Shown: positions 57,355 through 60,853 of the stretch, piece after piece
Position numbering within the stretch: the stretch's first letter is position 1
How the letters are laid out: the number at the start of each line of letters is the position of its first letter
IMG/VR virus record: IMGVR_UViG_3300036987_000332
Span: 1-60,853 of that record
Length of the DNA: 60,853 nt
Strand: one strand, 5' to 3'
From: a virus
Lineage: Duplodnaviria; Caudoviricetes
The notes under the pieces: generated by a model
The model's database searches: none
Seen by the model: the letters and a program-made list of their open reading frames with translations, nothing else
Told to the model about the DNA's origin: nothing
Position numbers and translations under genes: made by a program

Positions 57355-57744
57355 TTATCGGGTAGAGGAGGGCAAATAGACAAATGATTGTGGCGGAAAT
57401 GCAATTCCATATTCGGATAGGCTTCGGGGTTTATCGTATTCTTCAACGTTTCTCAACCTGTAAGCAACAGCCTTTTTTTTGCCTTTGTAATAGGCGCGGA
57501 AAAAGTTATACGTAATACCCGAAAAGTCCCTAGTTTGCCTCCATACCTCATTAATTTCGTCTTCAATTATTTCTTCGATTTCGGCCTCGGCTACAACCAT
57601 TTTTTGTGGGGCAGTAGCATAAATGATGATTCTGTCCACATCGGACTTGCACCGCACTTTTCTGAACTCGAAGAGTTTTTTCCCCCTGAGGATATTTTCA
57701 ACATGTATAGGATTAATTGATAATAACATTTTGCACATCAACAT
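57355..57744 (-). CDS. ASCH/PUA-like domain protein
   Basis: LLSINP…I..GKK.FEFRK, IYAT.P…VV.E, PPQSF.Y. Confidence 0.88.
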   Translation of the reverse strand: MLMCKMLLSINPIHVENILRGKKLFEFRKVRCKSDVDRIIIYATAPQKMVVAEAEIEEIIEDEINEVWRQTRDFSGITYNFFRAYYKGKKKAVAYRLRNVEEYDKPRSLSEYGIAFPPQSFVYLPSSTR

Positions 57745-58807
57745 TGCCCTCCAAGAGTATTTCTTTGAATTGTTCTGGTGTCAATCGAGCGGTTGTAGGG
57801 TAGCTGTTAGGCCAATACCCATTGCCACTCAACCACGACCAGTTGACATTGTTTCCAGCTCCGAAAAAGCCATAGTAGAGCATCTCAACAGCAACCAGAG
57901 TTCGCTCGTTGCTATACTTGGCCCTTATTTCGTTTTCGTCAAAAACAGATTTGTTATTTATCAGTTGAAGTAGATCATCTACAGTCATTTTACAACTATT
58001 ATTCTCTTTCACCACAAGGACTTTCGTAACCACGCAATACGATGTGATGCATGACTTATGTCCTTTTGAACCTGTGGTACCGTTGTATTTTCGATATACA
58101 AGGATTGGCTCACCTATACGGTAAGGAAGTTGGCTAGTTGGCGAACCAATATAGACCTTGGTCATTCCGTTTGCAACAGAAAGTGCTACTTGCTCCTGAA
58201 GAGTGTTTTTTAACTCTGAATATGGGAAAAGGGTGTCATGATAGACATCATCCACGATGAGATATCCAGCGTTTTGAAAGTTAGGATTGATAAAAGGGAA
58301 AGACTTATATGGATCGCGATAATCTAGCTCGGTCCGGCTTTTTACGTATACTCGCTCACCGTTCGGATTATACCCAGCAAGATAAAATCCGAACCGTTCC
58401 AACTGCGCTATTAAAAGATCGTGTTTTTCAAATACAGTCAGATAGATTTCTTTCGTTTTAGACTTCTGCCACTTCCACAGAACAAGGCCGATGGCGCCTT
58501 CGCCGAGTCGTTTGCCACGGTAACGTTCGGCAAGGCGAAGTGTACTGATTTTTATGCGCGGTAAGGCAGGAAGCATTTCACCCACCAGTTCGATCGGTTC
58601 ATTTTCATCTTTAAGGCAAACAAAAGCCCCTAAGCCCTCATCATCATCAAAAACAAGGGCAGTAGTTCCGGTCGCCGCTTTCCTGGCAAACCACCTCTCA
58701 AAGCCAATGTTATTCGCGTCAGCGGGATAGTCTGCTTTAAGAGGGTCAAAAAATGGATCGCTTATATCAATATCAGAAAACTTTTTCAATAAGAACTTGT
58801 CAGCCAT
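57713..58807 (-). CDS. GNAT acetyltransferase with probable C-terminal PUA/ASCH-like domain
   Basis: F..L..DY…F..WF..K, KISTL…YRGKRLGE (acetyl-CoA loop), L.RFGF, YHD.LFP.SEL, K.YI…G..I..YR. Confidence 0.82.
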   Translation of the reverse strand: MADKFLLKKFSDIDISDPFFDPLKADYPADANNIGFERWFARKAATGTTALVFDDDEGLGAFVCLKDENEPIELVGEMLPALPRIKISTLRLAERYRGKRLGEGAIGLVLWKWQKSKTKEIYLTVFEKHDLLIAQLERFGFYLAGYNPNGERVYVKSRTELDYRDPYKSFPFINPNFQNAGYLIVDDVYHDTLFPYSELKNTLQEQVALSVANGMTKVYIGSPTSQLPYRIGEPILVYRKYNGTTGSKGHKSCITSYCVVTKVLVVKENNSCKMTVDDLLQLINNKSVFDENEIRAKYSNERTLVAVEMLYYGFFGAGNNVNWSWLSGNGYWPNSYPTTARLTPEQFKEILLEGNVDVQNVIIN

Positions 58808-59339
58808 TCTCGATCCTCCTAATAATCGCTTGTAAAAAGCAAAGCGTTTTTTCGAAATCATTTGATCCGGAAGAGATCGTAATAGGGACACCTAGCACTT
58901 CTGCTATTTCATTTGCATAATACATTTCTTCATCTTGAAAGTGCTGTATAGCACTGACATCAGGAATAATGCCATCTCGTTGACCTCTTCTTTCAGCAAT
59001 GATCTCTGGCGTTTCAGTTAGCAATATTATAGCTTCAGGATGGAGAGCTATAAACGTCTCAGTAGGAATACGAGAAACATTTCCATCAGAATTGAGCAAA
59101 CAAAAATGTCCGTCAAGAATGTATTTTGTGCTGGAGAAGTTAAGATCGTTGACAGCTGCAAGCAGATATTGCTGATTGTTGTCAATATCAGGTATCAGTT
59201 TATCATTTGCGAAGTTAACGTTTTTTCGATTAGCAATCAATTTGCTTGCTGAATGTGTGACAATGCCCAACTCTACATTGACTCTTTGACAAAAATAGGA
59301 TTTACCGACTCCGTGCACACCGCTAAGAAAGATCATCAC
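58800..59339 (-). CDS. P-loop nucleotide kinase-like (AAA_17/adenylate kinase-like) protein
   Basis: IFLSGVHGVGKS, SAS.LI, LDGHFCL, I.ERR..RD. Confidence 0.85.
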   Translation of the reverse strand: MMIFLSGVHGVGKSYFCQRVNVELGIVTHSASKLIANRKNVNFANDKLIPDIDNNQQYLLAAVNDLNFSSTKYILDGHFCLLNSDGNVSRIPTETFIALHPEAIILLTETPEIIAERRGQRDGIIPDVSAIQHFQDEEMYYANEIAEVLGVPITISSGSNDFEKTLCFLQAIIRRIENG

Positions 59340-59413
59340 GATTCTCCTCCACCTGAATTATTATATCATTTCAAAATTATGGAATCAAGGGAAAACTTCA
59401 ATATTCATGTCTT

Positions 59414-59456
59414 CGCACGAATAATTCTTGCGTTGTAATTATTAGTTTGTTATATT
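59414..59456 (+). promoter_or_regulatory. Palindrome CGCAcGAATAATTCtTGCG overlapping a TTGCGT-N17-TATATT promoter
   Basis: In the divergent intergenic region between the kinase operon and xre. Confidence 0.55.
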
Positions 59457-59500
59457 ATACCCATATAGAAAATTCATATAAACCAAGCGAGGTGTGTACC

Positions 59501-59713
59501 ATGGCCATCAGTTATAAGAAATTGTGGAAACTTCTTATTGATAGAGACCTTAAGAAAAAAGACCTACAGAGAATTGCAGGTATCAGTTCAGCGTCTGTAA
59601 CCAAACTTGGCAAAAACGAAAATGTTAATACCGAAATTCTAGGGAAAATATGTAAAGCGTTGGGCTGTGATATTGCAGATATTATGGAGATAATTGATGA
59701 GCCGAGGATGTAA
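59501..59713 (+). CDS. Small Cro/C1-type HTH regulator
   Basis: MAISYKKLWKLLIDRDLKKKDL…KIC.AL.C.I.DIME. Confidence 0.9.
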   Translation: MAISYKKLWKLLIDRDLKKKDLQRIAGISSASVTKLGKNENVNTEILGKICKALGCDIADIMEIIDEPRM

Positions 59714-59732
59714 AGATGGAAGGGGGGGCTAT

Positions 59733-60731
59733 ATGGAAATATACACACCACACCAGACAAGATATTTTGCCGAACAGATAATGTTGAAACGCCCACAATC
59801 AAGCATTGACGGTCTTGCTTCATCGATGTCAGGTGTGAAAGTCGACCTCAACCCCCATCAGGTCGATGCAGCCTTATTTACTTTGAAATCACCACTTTCT
59901 AATGGCGCTTTGCTTGCAGACGAAGTAGGACTAGGAAAAACAATTGAAGCGGGTCTTGTCCTCTCTCAACATTGGTCGGAACGCAAACGCCGTATATTAC
60001 TTATTGTGCCAGCATCACTACGTACCCAATGGCGTGCAGAACTTATCGATAAATTTTATATTAAATCGAATATCCTCGAATCTACAAACTACAACAAGGC
60101 AAAAAAGTCAGGTATTTTGAATCCCTTTGACGTAAAGGATGAGGTGGTAATCTGTTCATTCAATTTTGCCTCACTAAAAGAGAATGAAGTACATGCCACT
60201 CCATGGGACTTGGTTATCATTGATGAGGCGCATCGTCTCCGAAATGTTTATAAACCAGGAAATGTTATTGGGGTGCGGCTAAGACGAGCACTCTCAGGCA
60301 AACGCAAACTACTTCTCACTGCGACCCCTCTTCAGAATAACCTCATGGAATTATACGGACTTGTGAGCATCATTGATGAGCACGTGTTTGGTGATTCTCG
60401 GACGTTTAGGGATATGTACGTTTCCGTAGCAAACGAAGAAATAAGAGACCGTGCATTAAAAAAACGACTGCAGCAATTCTGTAAGCGAACCCTTAGAAAG
60501 CAAGTCACTGAGTACATTAACTACACAAGTCGAATTGCAATCTTGCAGGAATACATACCAACAGCAGATGAAGAAAAATTATACAACTTTATATCAACTT
60601 ATTTACAATCTGAGAGGCTTTACGCCCTCCCACAGGGGCAGCGAACTTTAATAACGCTTGTATTAAGAAAATTGTTAGCTTCCTCATCATTTGCCATTTC
60701 TGGTACTTTAAACTCATTAATTGAAACCTAA
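59733..60731 (+). pseudogene. SNF2-family helicase, N-terminal ATPase lobe only (truncated)
   Basis: LADEVGLGKT, DEAH and TATP present; stops before any HELICc motifs and is followed by AT-rich non-coding DNA. Confidence 0.75.
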
Positions 60732-60853
60732 GCTCCCGCTTATTTTTATACCTACAACACTGATATTACATTATTAATAGCTTGAATGCAATATGCCCTA
60801 TCGACTGAAATACGTGATTGATTCTATAGTTCCAGCGTAGTTTTGCTTCGATG

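Overview
Most of the window (~12.6-57.2 kb, nearly all on the minus strand) is an apparently complete temperate siphophage-type prophage of a Clostridia-like host. In transcription order it carries: an ImmR/ImmA-like switch; a Com-like Zn ribbon; a sigma-70-like factor; a replication module (DUF2800 nuclease, DUF2815 SSB, PolA with an intein, antirepressor, VapE primase-helicase, VRR-NUC, SNF2); HNH, TerS, a ParB-DNA methylase, an amidoligase/GGCT cassette and TerL; HK97 head; tail with a -1 frameshifted chaperone; three repeat-rich fibre proteins; LysM endolysin and holin; and two large serine recombinases. Two AT-rich methyltransferase morons sit inside the structural region. Left of the recombinases is a cargo zone: three SAM methyltransferases, an ABC exporter pair (one gene split by an IS1595-family element), an intact IS66 inserted into a degenerate second copy of the recombinase 3' end, and IS21/IS3 remnants. 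On the right are a P-loop kinase-GNAT-ASCH operon and an Xre plus truncated SNF2 helicase. The most notable items are: (i) a readable regulatory cascade (shared operators, Com-like protein, structured leader with a sequestered RBS, sigma factor, three copies of GGGTTCGA-N11-TTTTCGCATAT); (ii) two tail proteins ending in the same HLLF peptide, which may plug into a shared tip protein; (iii) the kinase-GNAT-ASCH candidate defence or nucleic-acid modification system; and (iv) a leader-peptide attenuator on a cargo methyltransferase. All family assignments come from motif recognition by eye; no searches were run.
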